Below are positions 34,991 through 47,345 of a stretch of 64,000 nucleotides of DNA, one piece after another (within the stretch, counting starts at the first letter, position 1; each line of letters starts with the position of its first letter). This DNA comes from Eutreptiella sp. 'Long Island Sound 2002' (taxonomy: Eukaryota > Protista > Euglenida). Made by a program: the position numbers and the translations under genes. The stretch is taken from positions 18,352,001 to 18,416,000 of the forward strand of contig OZ038379.1 in assembly GCA_964036045.1 (NCBI GenBank), written 5' to 3'. The notes under the pieces were generated by a model, which was not told where the DNA came from, did no database searches, and was given only the letters and a program-made list of their open reading frames with translations.

Positions 34991-37074
34991 TGCAACCATG
35001 ACCATGTGGCAGGACACTTGCAAAAGGGGGAGGTAGTAGCTCGGGCTCCAAAGACTCACAGTGCAGTTGTCTCTCTTGATTCCAGCAGCTTATGTGGAAG
35101 CGGTAGGTAAGAAGAAGAAGGCAATCACAAATGTAACGGGAAACAGTAGAGTGCCAGCGGCGAGGAGGCGGCGTTCACAAAACTGAAAAAGTCTTTTTTG
35201 GGGCTGCCCAAAAAAGACTTTTTCAGTTTTGTGAACGCCGCCCATGAGGACAGCCCAAGGCCGACGCCGGAGGGTAACCCCTGGTATTCATGGTGTTCAG
35301 GGGCTCATCGACAGAGTCCGATGCTGCCTGACAGTGGTTCTGTCGACAACATCGTAAACCCCCGCCTCTGCCTGTGTGTCAGGCAGCACGGTGTGGAATT
35401 TTCTGGGGGTCGGTGTATTTGGGGGGGGGTTCGTTCTATTTGTCATGTGCGTGCCATTTGTGTGGAGGGTGGAGGGCAGGCCTAAGCATTCCCAGCAGAG
35501 CCAGAGAAGGTGCCCAAGACCTAAGCCAAAACCTAAGGCAGCAGCAAAGCAAATGCCAATTACCTCCTTTTTGCGTTAGCAACTGTTGAACGGTGCAGTT
35601 TCAATGTGAGTTCGTCGCCTGTCCACCTGTCCACGTGTTTCCGTCTATGCTTGGGGCTCAGATTTTGCGAATGGGTAGGTTTGTGTTGACATGCCCCAGC
35701 GACTAGAAGGGGTAGTTGTATTTGAGGGGGTCGTTGCAGTGGGTGGGGTCGGTCTAAACGGGGGCGGGGGGGTTAACGGAAGCAGGGGCGCTTTTTTTCA
35801 ATGGAGCATGCCATGTGTGGCCCCAAGTGGCACGAAGTGAATCAAATTGAACCCGAACCCAAAGCCAAAGTCACGAGACCATCCCTGAAAAGCATTTACG
35901 AGTGCAGCATCACGATGGCCCTGAAACATTTTCGAGCCAGCCTGCAGACCCTCAATTCTGCCAAACCGGGATGACCACCAACAGCTAAACTGTGCAGGGG
36001 ACATGACTGGTTGGGTTGCTGCAGTGATTGCGACACAAGTGTTAGGACAGAGGTAGCCGGCCGCATCGCTTTAGACTCAGGCAAGACCGTTCCGGATTAC
36101 TCGACACCCTTCCTGACTGCTTTCGTTCAGTTTCTCTTTCAAAGATCTATTACTGCCGACAACCGTTGCATTGACCACAAACATGCCTCAACTTTTTCTT
36201 GTTGTGTCCACAGGGCTCCATGTTATCGGCCCAATCTTCTTTTCGGTACGCGGCTGCCCAGCCACCTTCACCCCTTCGAAAACCGGAGGTACCGCCTTCC
36301 ATGCCAACGCATGCATGCGCACCTGCAATGCACGCGACGAGAAGCCATGGATGCTTTTTCGCTTACCCTTGTCATTCTTTTGGCGTCAACCCCTCGCACT
36401 GCCCCTGTCCCTCCTGCAGTTGACGCAACTGCTGCTGTTACTAGAACTTCTGCGGCTGCTCCTGCTCCTGGTGCTGCTGTTGCTGCTATTGTCTTTGGCA
36501 TTGGGATTACTAATGCAATGGTCACTGCAACTGGGGCTGGTACTGCAACTGCCACTGCCTCTGCTTTCTATGCTGGCGTTTGTTGCGACTACCACTGCCA
36601 CTCCTACAGCCGCCACATGCTGGTATTGGTATTACCACTAATGCCATTGGATTTGCCACTGCTTCAACTTGCTGTTGGTGCCACTCGTACTGCTCATGCT
36701 GTCAGTGATTGACCCACGTGGTTGTGATATGGCTCTTGGATCTGCAATGATATTACTACTACTGCAACTGCAATTGGTATTCATGCTGATAATGCCATCA
36801 GCATTGCTGCAAAAAATCCTGCCATTAGTATTGCGAATGCCAGTGCCACTGCCGCTGCCCCTGCTGATGCTGCTGCTGGTATTTTCGCTGTCATTCGCAC
36901 TGCTGTTATATTGCTGATCCGACTGTTGCCACTGCAATTGCTCGTTCTGTTTCTACATGGAGGGATTAGATCAGAAGTGATGGTATGCACTGTGTGTATG
37001 TTTGTATGGCCATATGCTGATCCTGCCCCCCCACCCTCCACCCCAACTACCAGGTGCGCTTTTGGGGGGGGTAG

Positions 37075-38260
37075 AGGTACCCCACTTCTCCCTATTTTTG
37101 GGGTTGGGAGTTCAAAAAAGTAGGTCTCGGAAAGATTTGGGACGGTGGTCGGGCTGTGTGACGGCAAAATTATGAAAAAATGGGGTATGGCATCACTTTT
37201 GATTGCATCCTACCGAGAGTGCCAAGAATAGCCATTTCACCTGTAAAAATAGCCCATCCCTACTCTTTACCCCCCACATACCATGGAAGTTGGACACATT
37301 TCCCTGCCTTTTGCTTATTTTCATCATTCAAAGTCACTTTTAGGGTTGAATAATGCCTCACCGCACCAATTTTGTCCCTAAGTTGCCTATTTTTAGCATT
37401 CTGGGTAGGAGTCTGTCATTGATGATGTCATACCCTATTTTTAACCCTTCCCCTTAGTAGGCCCCAAAAGGCAAGGGGAAAATTGGCTTGCGCGCGGGGA
37501 GGGGATCGTGGGAGCCCCCCGAAGGAGCGTGGGGGGTCTGGCAATGGGGCTCCTGTGACAGAACCCTTGGTAAAGTACCAATCACCTCGAACAGAGGTTG
37601 TTAGATCAAGCGCAGGTGCGGGCGTCGTATGCCCCCCTTTTTTGGGGTCATTCGCGTAGAATAACCCAACATTATGATGCCAAATATCATCCCAAGGCAT
37701 TTGATATTTTTGGTCAGAAGGCTCCAAGCAGTGGGGATGCGCAACACTGTTGCAACAAACCACGGTCGAATGGTAACACAGCCGGCTGCAGATTTTTTCG
37801 TCGGCGGTTTGAATCCTTGCCGGTCGATTGTCATCGGCGGCACCGCCGCCATGTTCGCCCGACTGGGGTTCGAACCGGCGAGAAAAAGTCTGCAATCGGC
37901 TGCATTATCATTCGGCCACAGCTTGTTCTGGGGTAACCTGTCCTCCCACTGGTTGAAGCCGAGTCTGCCACTGACAAAAAACCCAAACGGTGTGTTTCTG
38001 TCTGACCGGACATAAATACCACCACTGCCCCCCCCCCCCCCATGGAAGTTCAACTTTATTTGCCACCATCTATGACCTTTTCAAGGCCCCGTCACGGGAG
38101 CCAAGGAGGGGGGGGGGGGTCCGGGAAAGGAGCTCCAACGACCCCCCGCCCGCGCAAGCCAATTTTCACCCACCCAAACCCAGCCCTACCCATCCAAATA
38201 CCCTCCAAAACAAGTTTTTTTTTTAATTCCCCACCCTCAAAATAGGAGTCGGTGTCCTTA
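37075..38260. mobile_element. Foldback element with nested inverted repeats and two inward-facing tRNA-like heads
   Basis: Inverted pairs at about 37085-37170/38165-38250, 37479-37530/38115-38167 (gaaaattggcttgcgcg) and 37707-37827/37855-37980. Confidence 0.7.
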
Positions 38261-41200
38261 CTTCCCCTTCAACACCCATTGGGGGTGGCAGGATCGGCAT
38301 ATCACCGTTTGTATATATGTGGATGCATTGATGGATGGGTCAATGGATGCAACGCAACACAATGCAATACGAACCACTGCACTACAGTGCAAGTGATTCT
38401 TTTGGATTGGACCGAATCAAAAATTGGGTGGCATGCCCGGTCGAGAATGGACGAGGTTTGGTGGGTAGGGTGGTAGGTGCCTGGGGATCTTAAGGAGGTC
38501 GGCACAGTATTGTGACAGTCCAATGAATTGCCCCCACTACGGACCGGTTTCCTGTGGTGAAAGCCTTGAGCCTTTCCTCCACATGCGCGAAGCCACCCAT
38601 CCGAACGCCTCATTGAAAGCCCCCCCTCCACACTGATACCTCCTACCACAAGGAACTGTCACTGTGCCTTTGCACAGGGAAACAAGAATCCCAGTGCCGA
38701 GGCACCAGGACCACCACCGGTGGGGGAGTCGTCTGCAGTGCGTCGGGCCACCTCCTCCACCCTCAACCTGCGTCCAGAGGTGCGTGTCCTTGTGTGCAGT
38801 ACCTGTGCTCTCCTGGGTCCATGTCGCTGGTCGCCTTTGCCCTAAACGTTATCCTTGCCCCTGCCCTGTCACCAGCCCCTGCTCTCGATGGCTCCATGAG
38901 CGGAGGATGCACGTTCGTTGGACAAGCCCCAAGAACGTCACATACAAAGTCCCAATGCACTGGCCCGGCACTGGGGTCGTATGCAGGGCTGGTCTGTGGG
39001 GGATCCAGAAGGAGTCCAGTACAAGAGGGAAATCAGGTTTCAAATGTATGGCTGTGCTCAGCTTTGTTTGCTGATCAGTCTGAGGCGTCAAAAAGTGCTT
39101 CATGAGACGCCTCAACAAAAACTTTGAAAATCTAGGAATTTGGGTTTACAGAACGTTCTTATTTTGTATTTTGACTCCACATGGATCACATGTAAAGATC
39201 CGCGGCCCTCGTCTTCCTCCCCCTCGATGTGCTCCTAGTCCTGTGCCAATTGAGTATTGACAGTCTCAACTACTGACCAAATCATGGAAGAGACTCTGGT
39301 CGCTCGAGAGGCCCAGCACATGCCTCAAAAAATTCATCTTTGGTGCCAGACGGGAAAACCAAGGGTTGGAGCACCAAGTGCCCGACAAAGCTAAAGGTGT
39401 CTCGGAGGATCTGGGACATCCCCCGAGACACGTCTCACTTTGCATTTGCCCCTGCCCTTGCACTGCTTGTACGTACACAAGCTGAACACAAACACGCATT
39501 CCAATGGAGGTTTGCATGCGATGGTGTAGGTATCCGGGCATTGTCATCCTCACGATCAGCCTTTTGAGTCCACAATCCTCATCTGGAGCACATGCCTGAC
39601 ACTCGCATCTGCGTTGACATGGGTGCCCGTCCGTGTCCGTAGGCGTCCCCTGTTGCTTCTTGGTGTGAGCTGGTTCTGTTTGTGTCATTTTGTCTAATGC
39701 AATGACATAAATGGGGGGAGCACTTGACGCGAGGCACAACTGTAGGGGCAACTGGGCGCAGCCCGGCAGACCCGGACAGAACACAGTTGGAAGTGTGAAA
39801 TAGTGATAGATGCAAAGGTGCTAGTCACCCAACGCCTACAACGAAGAGTGTCGGGGACCGCCGCCACTTGAGCAGACCGGTGTGAGCCAATCACGGCTTG
39901 CGCCCACGTGTGTCCATTTTCAGTGGGGGTGCGTCCGTTTGCGTCCGGTTTGGATTGTGCCGTCCTGCCCCATTGTGTTCGGTGTGGGTCTAGTGGCCGG
40001 TCTCTTTTCACACAGAGTGCCCTTCAGAGTGACCTGGCGACTCCGACTACGCGCGCCTCGAATGCAGCCCTGCTTGGGGGCCGGCGGACATCCTGGAGGT
40101 CAGACAAACCCGCGATGGAGGTGCGCGCCCATGGCTCGTTGTGTCACGTCTTGGTGGAGCGTACCCGGTTTGCACGTCAAACTTGTGGCTTCGTCCGCAG
40201 TCTGCCCCCAAAGGAATGTGATGGGGTGGGTGGATGCCACATGGGCCAAACCATCTCACACACAACGCACTCGGGGGGTGTGCACTGCGTGAGCAGCTTT
40301 CAGCGCATGCGACGCAACCCCTGGGTCATGACTGGGAGGATGCCGCTTGCCAAGCAAGCCTTTGTTTTGTTGGGGTAGACATTACTTTGTGTGTCGGTGG
40401 GCGTACAAGAGGCTGGGGGGCATAACCAGTACAACAGCAATGCTAACCGGGCGAGTGCACAGTACAGAGTACAGTGACATCCACCAAAGCGCTGGAGGTG
40501 TGTGAAATGGTGTGAAAAGAAATTTGAGATGGGGTTCATAATTGAGCCGCCCTGGGACCTGGGCGGGCAAATAACGGAGGGGGGGGGTTAGCCCCCAACT
40601 GCCTTTTGTCAGCCCCTCACCCTCCTTGAGACCCAATGTAGGTACGGTGCGGGGCAGTCTCTCCAGGAAGTTTGGAGGGTGAAGCTTGTGGGAGGAGGTC
40701 TGAGGGGAGGGGGGAGTTCAGTGGGCGGGGCAATGGGGCACCAGGCCCCCACTACCCCCCACACCGTCCTGCGTCCTGCGTCCTACGTCTGCCCTGTTCT
40801 TTCTGGCGCCGCCCCGAACTCCCGCCCAGTGAGGTCACTGCGGATTTTTGCAAGAAAGCAACACCAGTAGCCAGACCGCAAGTTAAACGCCAAAATGTGT
40901 ATTTCCCTCTTCCTTTTGGGCGGTGGGAGTCTCGTCCTCCCCAAGTGCCCCTGTCGCCACCGACGACCCACCAACCACCTCCGGGCCGTCAGGCTTTGCC
41001 CCTCCCACTGCTTTTCCAACCACCACTCAGTGCCCTGGCAAACAACGTTTAGAAAGTTGCAACACCAGCTGCGTGTGTGTCATTTTGCGCTCAAAATGCC
41101 ACTCAGGAGTCCAAACGGGGTTTTCAGCAGTGTTTCGGCCAAAAAGGGGCTCCATAGCAGTATGTTGCAGGCTGCTGAGGCAACAGGCGGGAGATGGGAA

Positions 41201-44182
41201 GAACTGTGTGAAAACGGAAGCAGGGATTTTGATTCTCCCGACTTTCGTGGTTTCTCCTCCTCCTTTTTTCCACTTCTGCCACTCTCATGTCACCGTGTCG
41301 GCCGGCCTGAGCTGTGCTATGGGCTTCCTCTTCGCCAGTGTCAGAAGTTTTGCTGCACCTTAGCACCGGTTCCGCATATGAATCGCCATCATGTCAGCAG
41401 GACGAAACACCAAGAATCTTCGACCAAAAGCGTGCCCCATTGCCCAGTGCAGGAGCATAGACCATTGCCTCTGTGCATGCTTGTGCCTGTGCCTGTCGGG
41501 TGCCCATGTGCGTGCCTGCACCTGTGCCGGTGTGTGTGCCCATACTTGGGAGCAGTGGGGTCTGGTTACCATCCCGGGTATGCCGTAACCTGCCAGAGCC
41601 CCACGCCCTCAAAAAAGAAATTGTCTGGCTACTTGGCAGCATCCCCAGACGCCTGCTGGTATTTGAACGCCCCCCTGGATCCCTCTTCCTGCATCCCACA
41701 CATTATTCAAAGCACCTCACACCCACGCCTTACATCCCACCGCTTGTTGTGGGCACTCTCACCCTCTTCTTCACGTTTCGTTGCAGTTTCAGGCTGTGGA
41801 TATCATCTCTGACACCGCTGAGGAAAGCCGTCCCGGAACCCCCAGGTTGTGTGCTGCTTTTGTTAAGCCATCAGACCTACCCCCACACGTTCTAACACCT
41901 CAACCACCATCTTGACCATCCACCCATACAGCCGAAGGTAGACTACCTGTCCATGAAGCGTCCCCACATTGCCGTCCCTGTCTCAGTGTGAGTAGCGAGT
42001 CGCGCTGCAGGGCAAGCTCGCATTAGGGCTTCCTACTTCCTGTGTTCCTGTGGTCCGCAAATGTCCCCTTCTGAAACCATTGACCACTTTCCACGCGGCA
42101 AGAATGCCCCTGTCAGGCCGAGACTCAAAGAAAAGCAGGGCAACTCATATGAAATGCATAATATCCACTCCAAGAGGATTCCTGTGAGATCCCCTATTGG
42201 CAGTGAGGGATGCCCTTGGACACACATTGTGCAGATGCAGAGCAATGATTTTAACACAAGGAGCATGGGCAACCGCCACCTGCCATGAGTATTGGTGTTC
42301 ATGGTTCTTTGTCCGATAAGACTCGTGTATGGTGTTTGCTGGTCCTGATTGCGGCGCAACTGGCGGCCATATCCCGGCCAGGATCCACCAGGATATACCA
42401 TGAGGGTCCAACAGCCTGGGCGGTCCCCCTGCCAAAAATCGGCGAAGTGCACCATAGCAGGGGGAAACCCATCTATTGTTTCTTTGCCTTGACCCCCCCC
42501 CCTTTTCTCCCACCATCTTTTAGAAATATTGCTTGGGTCTGAAATATGGTTTTCGTCTGATGAGTCGAATTTTCCCACTGGAACACCCTTTTTCCAATGA
42601 AACGGAGCCCCCAAAAGATGTTTTGACCGTGACCCAACACCCCCAAATACCTCCAGCACCCTTTTGTAGCTTTGAAAATACGAGGAGAAGTCCCATTGGG
42701 GGTCCCAACACGTGTACTTACGGTAGAGACCGAGCCGGGGGTGTGAAAGGATCCGGATTGTTTCATGTCTGTTGGCTTTTGGCAGAGGACTAGTTTGATC
42801 GAAGCCTGTTGGTACGGTGGTCCATTCTGGGATTGAGGTTGGTAGCAACTCAAGACAGGGCTCTCTGCCAGGATGGGGATTTGATTCGGGGTTGTCCTGA
42901 GGCACGCCCAAATGGGTTTTTGTTGGTGGATGTAGACACTGGAAGCTGTTGCATAGCCCAACATGCGCATTGCGGCCGGCTGCATGTCAGAGACGGGTCT
43001 TCTTGTATCAGAGCCAGGGCAGTGCAGGCAGTGTGCATGCAGTGCAGGACCAGCCTGAAAATGCAAAACATTTAGTTCTGCATGATTCATGGATACACAT
43101 CACATTATACCAATGCTGTTGCTATGTACAATCGCTGGACACACAGGACAACCTCAAAACCCGCTTTTCTTGTTCAAGTAAGAAAGACGAGGTGACGGTT
43201 CCCTCGCCCCCCGCCCCCTGGAGGGAAAACCCAAGGGACTCATGAGGGGGTGGACACATGTACCCGACCTGTCCAACCTCATTTGATGCTGCCCATGTGC
43301 CTTCGGTACGGAGTGAGCAGCCCTGAAAATGCAGGCCCTATTTGGGGTCCCGAAAAGTGCACTTAGGGTTGCGACGCGGCCTTAGCTTTGCGTACCGGGT
43401 CACAAGAACGCACCAGGTCTTCAGGATCGGCAGGGATACCCCCGCTGCTGTCCGGTGGACTGTGGTGGGCAGAGTTGGTGGTAGGGTGGAGGTTCGAGGT
43501 TGCCACCGCCACGACTCTCTTGGGGATCAAGCGTGGGCAAAGGATGTGCCCCTGTACATGTGCCAGCGTGGTGGACCTGGAACTTCGGTGTTCGTGCCAC
43601 GATGGTAGGCACCCCGCACAAAGAGATGGCAGAGCAAACAAGGGGTCTGCAAGCGAAATGAATGCCCAATTGCCTGAGAGTTCAGTTTTACTGCTGTTTG
43701 GTGGTTTTGCTTTTTTTTTTTGTTTGAAGTGGTATTGGCCTTCGGAAACTTTTCACACCAAAATGCAACAGGGAGAAGGCTGCCCTGCACAGCAGTATGT
43801 GTACAAAGCACTGTCCACTGCGCCAGAATGCATAGTAACCCTGCACTTCTTTATCCTATGGACAGGATGGACCATGAAGCAGGCACCAGAGGGCACTGTG
43901 AGCAGCAGTGGGGGCCATGCGAGGGGGGCAGTGATACGGAAGAAGAGCAAGACGTTGGGCAAGCAGAGATGGAATAGGAAGGGGGTGGAAGAAGAGGGCG
44001 AGTGAGTGGGAAGGGCATGAAACATAAGAGGCAACCTGGAGGCGAGAAGAGGTAGCCAGCAGCCAGAAGTACGACAATGGAGCGGTCATTCATGACCATT
44101 TGCGATTTACGATCCGAAACGTCCGGGAAACCGACGGTTGAACACATGCAGCCTCTGCAATGCCTTTCTGCTGTGCTTTCAG

Positions 44183-47100
44183 GTTCTGCGCTCGGCGCAG
44201 CAAGGCCGGAGGTCCTGAGTTGACCAAGCTGACAATCCCCGAGACCCCCCGTTCCATTAACTCCGGCGGCGAGTCCCCGAGATACGGGCGCTTCCGCCCT
44301 CAGTTCCTCGACCCTGATATGGACATCAGCATACACGGCACCCCGTACACCCCGCACACCCCCTCCAGGGCCCATCAGGCATGTGGGCCTGTGCGCCTCG
44401 CGCCCCTTCGGGCCTCGTGTGCGTCCTACGCATTACTTGCTCTGAGCAACTGAGGGCTGGGCGACCATTGCATTTGGAAGTGGGGGCCTCCGAAGTCGTG
44501 GGGGAGCGGGTGCAGAAAAGGGAACCCCAAGTCCAAAGGGTAGAGCCCTGTTTACAGGGCCCTGTGTTTACATGGCGCCTGCATGCCGTGCCAAGAAGCA
44601 GGACAGGGTCACAGTGCAAGCCCCTTCCTCTGTGTACTGTTTGGGCTCCGTCGAATCCCACACCTCCAAGCCTGGAAATGCAGCGCACCACCGATGGGTA
44701 ACAATTGGTGATCCGGAACCCTGGCCCTGCGTTACATTTCCCACGGCGTTTGTGGTGGTGAGCACGTGGGACATTGTAACCATGGGACCATGGGGTGTTG
44801 GCGGCTGGAGGCAACAGGTATGGGCGGAGGCTGCTACTGAAACAAGAGGGTTGGCGTTCTTTTGCATCCGACAGGGTGGGCTTATGGGTGGTGGTGGTGT
44901 GTGTGGGGGGGGTCGACAATTTTCAACCGAAAACTCAAACCAGCACGTATACACCCTACGAGCACCCTCCGGACTTTGCGGTCTGGGGTGTGAGTGAATG
45001 TGAAGTCTGTTGGTGCTTGCGAGGGAGTGGTTCCAGGAGGTCCACACCACCTTGAGGACCTAGGTTGAGGAGCTAGATGCTCCTGAGTACGACTCCACCT
45101 GTGCCCAAGTCGGGGCAGTAGGTGGAAACTGGTGCATATGGCCACCCACCGCCCAAGGACTACCACCCTTGCCAAGCTAGTCGGAGTCACCCCCATGTGA
45201 CCCCCGTGAGGCCTGGGTTCTTAGGTAATGGTTTATGGGGTATTGGGGGGGGGGGGGGGGCACGGGGGGGGGGGGAGTAGATTGCATTTGAATATACGTG
45301 CCAATCGCAATTCATGGCAACTTGTTTATTTGAATCTTTATGTAGATGTTTGGATCATTCACTCATTGAAGGCTTTTAGTTATTGAGATATCGAAATTCA
45401 TCATTATTCCTTATTGAATATTGATTATTATCACACACCACACCACCACACACCTAGAGATACACGCAGTAGTGGTAGGAAGTAGGATTGTTGAAGCTCG
45501 CAGTCTGAGCATGATTGGAATTGATACCTTGGCACACACACACACGCACCCCGTGCCCCCTCCGCATGGCTACCACCTCTGTCCCCTGCAGTGCCGCTGC
45601 CTGGTCAGTGCCACACAAGCAATCAGGTCCACAGAGGGAGAGGCCCCCCCACCGCAACCAGCCCCCACCACAGGGTTTATCTTTTAAGGCTTAGGTCTCT
45701 GGTTAGGTTCAGGGCCCACCTGTCTACCTGTTCCCATTGGTACGACATCCCAGCCATTGCGTTTTGGTCAACACATACACGCACACATAGAGAATGGCAA
45801 CCGCAACAAACTACAAAGTGGGGAGTCAACAAAACTCCTTCGGAGCTGCAAGGCAGCCCTAGACATCTTTTATTTGATGAACAAGAGCATGTGGAAGAAG
45901 TCCGCCAGAAGGCAGTCCAGTTGACCACAGGGCCCTACAAAGTAAAGCAATTTATCACCACTGTCCAGGCACCCCCTCCCTTCCCACATTTTATGAATGC
46001 ACAGAGCAAGATATCTACAAGAGCACTGTGGTACATCAATCAACCGATCACTCAAAGAACAAGCTGTGCCATCAGCCATACACACACGTACACTGCTGGG
46101 GTCATACGATATGCGTAAAAGCAGGGGGAAGCCATGGCACCAAAAGGGCTTGTATCCCCCAGGTTGAAAAGCCGAAGGAATGATGCAGTCTGTGGATTTA
46201 GGACCCTCCCCTTGCACGTGTTCTGTCAACCTGTGCCATGCAGCGCGCAAACAGGTGTCTAGGACGCAAACAGGTGTCTAGGACGCAAACAGGTGTCTAG
46301 GACGCAAACAGGTGTCTAGGACGTGGTGGCGCAACACATACACTGTTAAGTGCGCTTGGCAAGTGCTATGAAGACACAGGGGGGGCGAGGGGGCTCGGAC
46401 CGTCAACTATGCTTCTGTCGCAGGGTGCAGGGCCTAGTTGGTTGGGGGCACGCACTTGTATACTGGTGAGCTAGCGTCCCACAGCTCAGTTGTCGGGGTA
46501 CTGTTCAACCAGAGGGGCTTGCTTGTGGGACATAAGGGCAGTGGCCACCTCCCGACATCCCCTTGCGGCTACGAAACCCCCTGTCACTTGCGGAGCCTTC
46601 GCGTATGGGTTTGTGCACCACTTCCTCCCCACACTGTTGACTGGGCACCTGCGCCCATCGCAGAGCAGTAGCTCTTAGAGGGCCCACGCTATGGTGCCCT
46701 GAGGCCCTACTGGGGCATTGAGGAGCGTGGTTCACCCTCATGCGTGAGTTCCATTTGAGAGTTTCAAAATGGAGCATTTTACTGGGCGGGTCATGCGGAA
46801 GATACCACAACTGGTGACTCGCAGCCTTCCCTGCCCTATCGAGTTTCGCGCTGTCCCGGCTTATTGACCATACCACCTCTGTTTGTCGCCACCGCCATTT
46901 CCTGTACAGCCAATCAGCGGCATCGGTGAACGCCGTGGTAACGTTACCCGGCTTGATGTTATCAAATTGTTTCTTGAAGTCTATTTCACACAGGGACTGG
47001 GCACACACATACACACACACAAAAATGGTGGGAACTGCGAAACAAGAACAGAGCAAGAAAAGCGGTTGGAGAAACTCCTCAAGAGCTGCAAAGCAGCCCT

Positions 47101-47262
47101 AGACGTCTTTCGGTCTATCAAAGAGTGCACAGCGCATGCATCGTTGCCCCTACGCCCCGCAACGGACCTCAGTAGCCCCACGGAGGAGTTCGTGTGTTCT
47201 GTTACCTTAAGCCATCCAAGTACATGCTAATCATCCCGTGTTAGGTGCTCCCACCCAACAAC

Positions 47263-47345
<83 letters not shown>

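Noticed and set aside
36011-36950. Ala/Thr/Leu-rich ORFs
   Set aside because: Degenerate trinucleotide low-complexity DNA open in several frames, with no convincing splice signals or family motifs.
37754-37929. Functional tRNA-Cys genes
   Set aside because: The acceptor and anticodon stems do not pair; kept only as tRNA-like heads.
42033-43090. LINE RT from a WRYLGV motif on the minus strand
   Set aside because: No upstream RT motifs could be found in any frame, so support is too weak.
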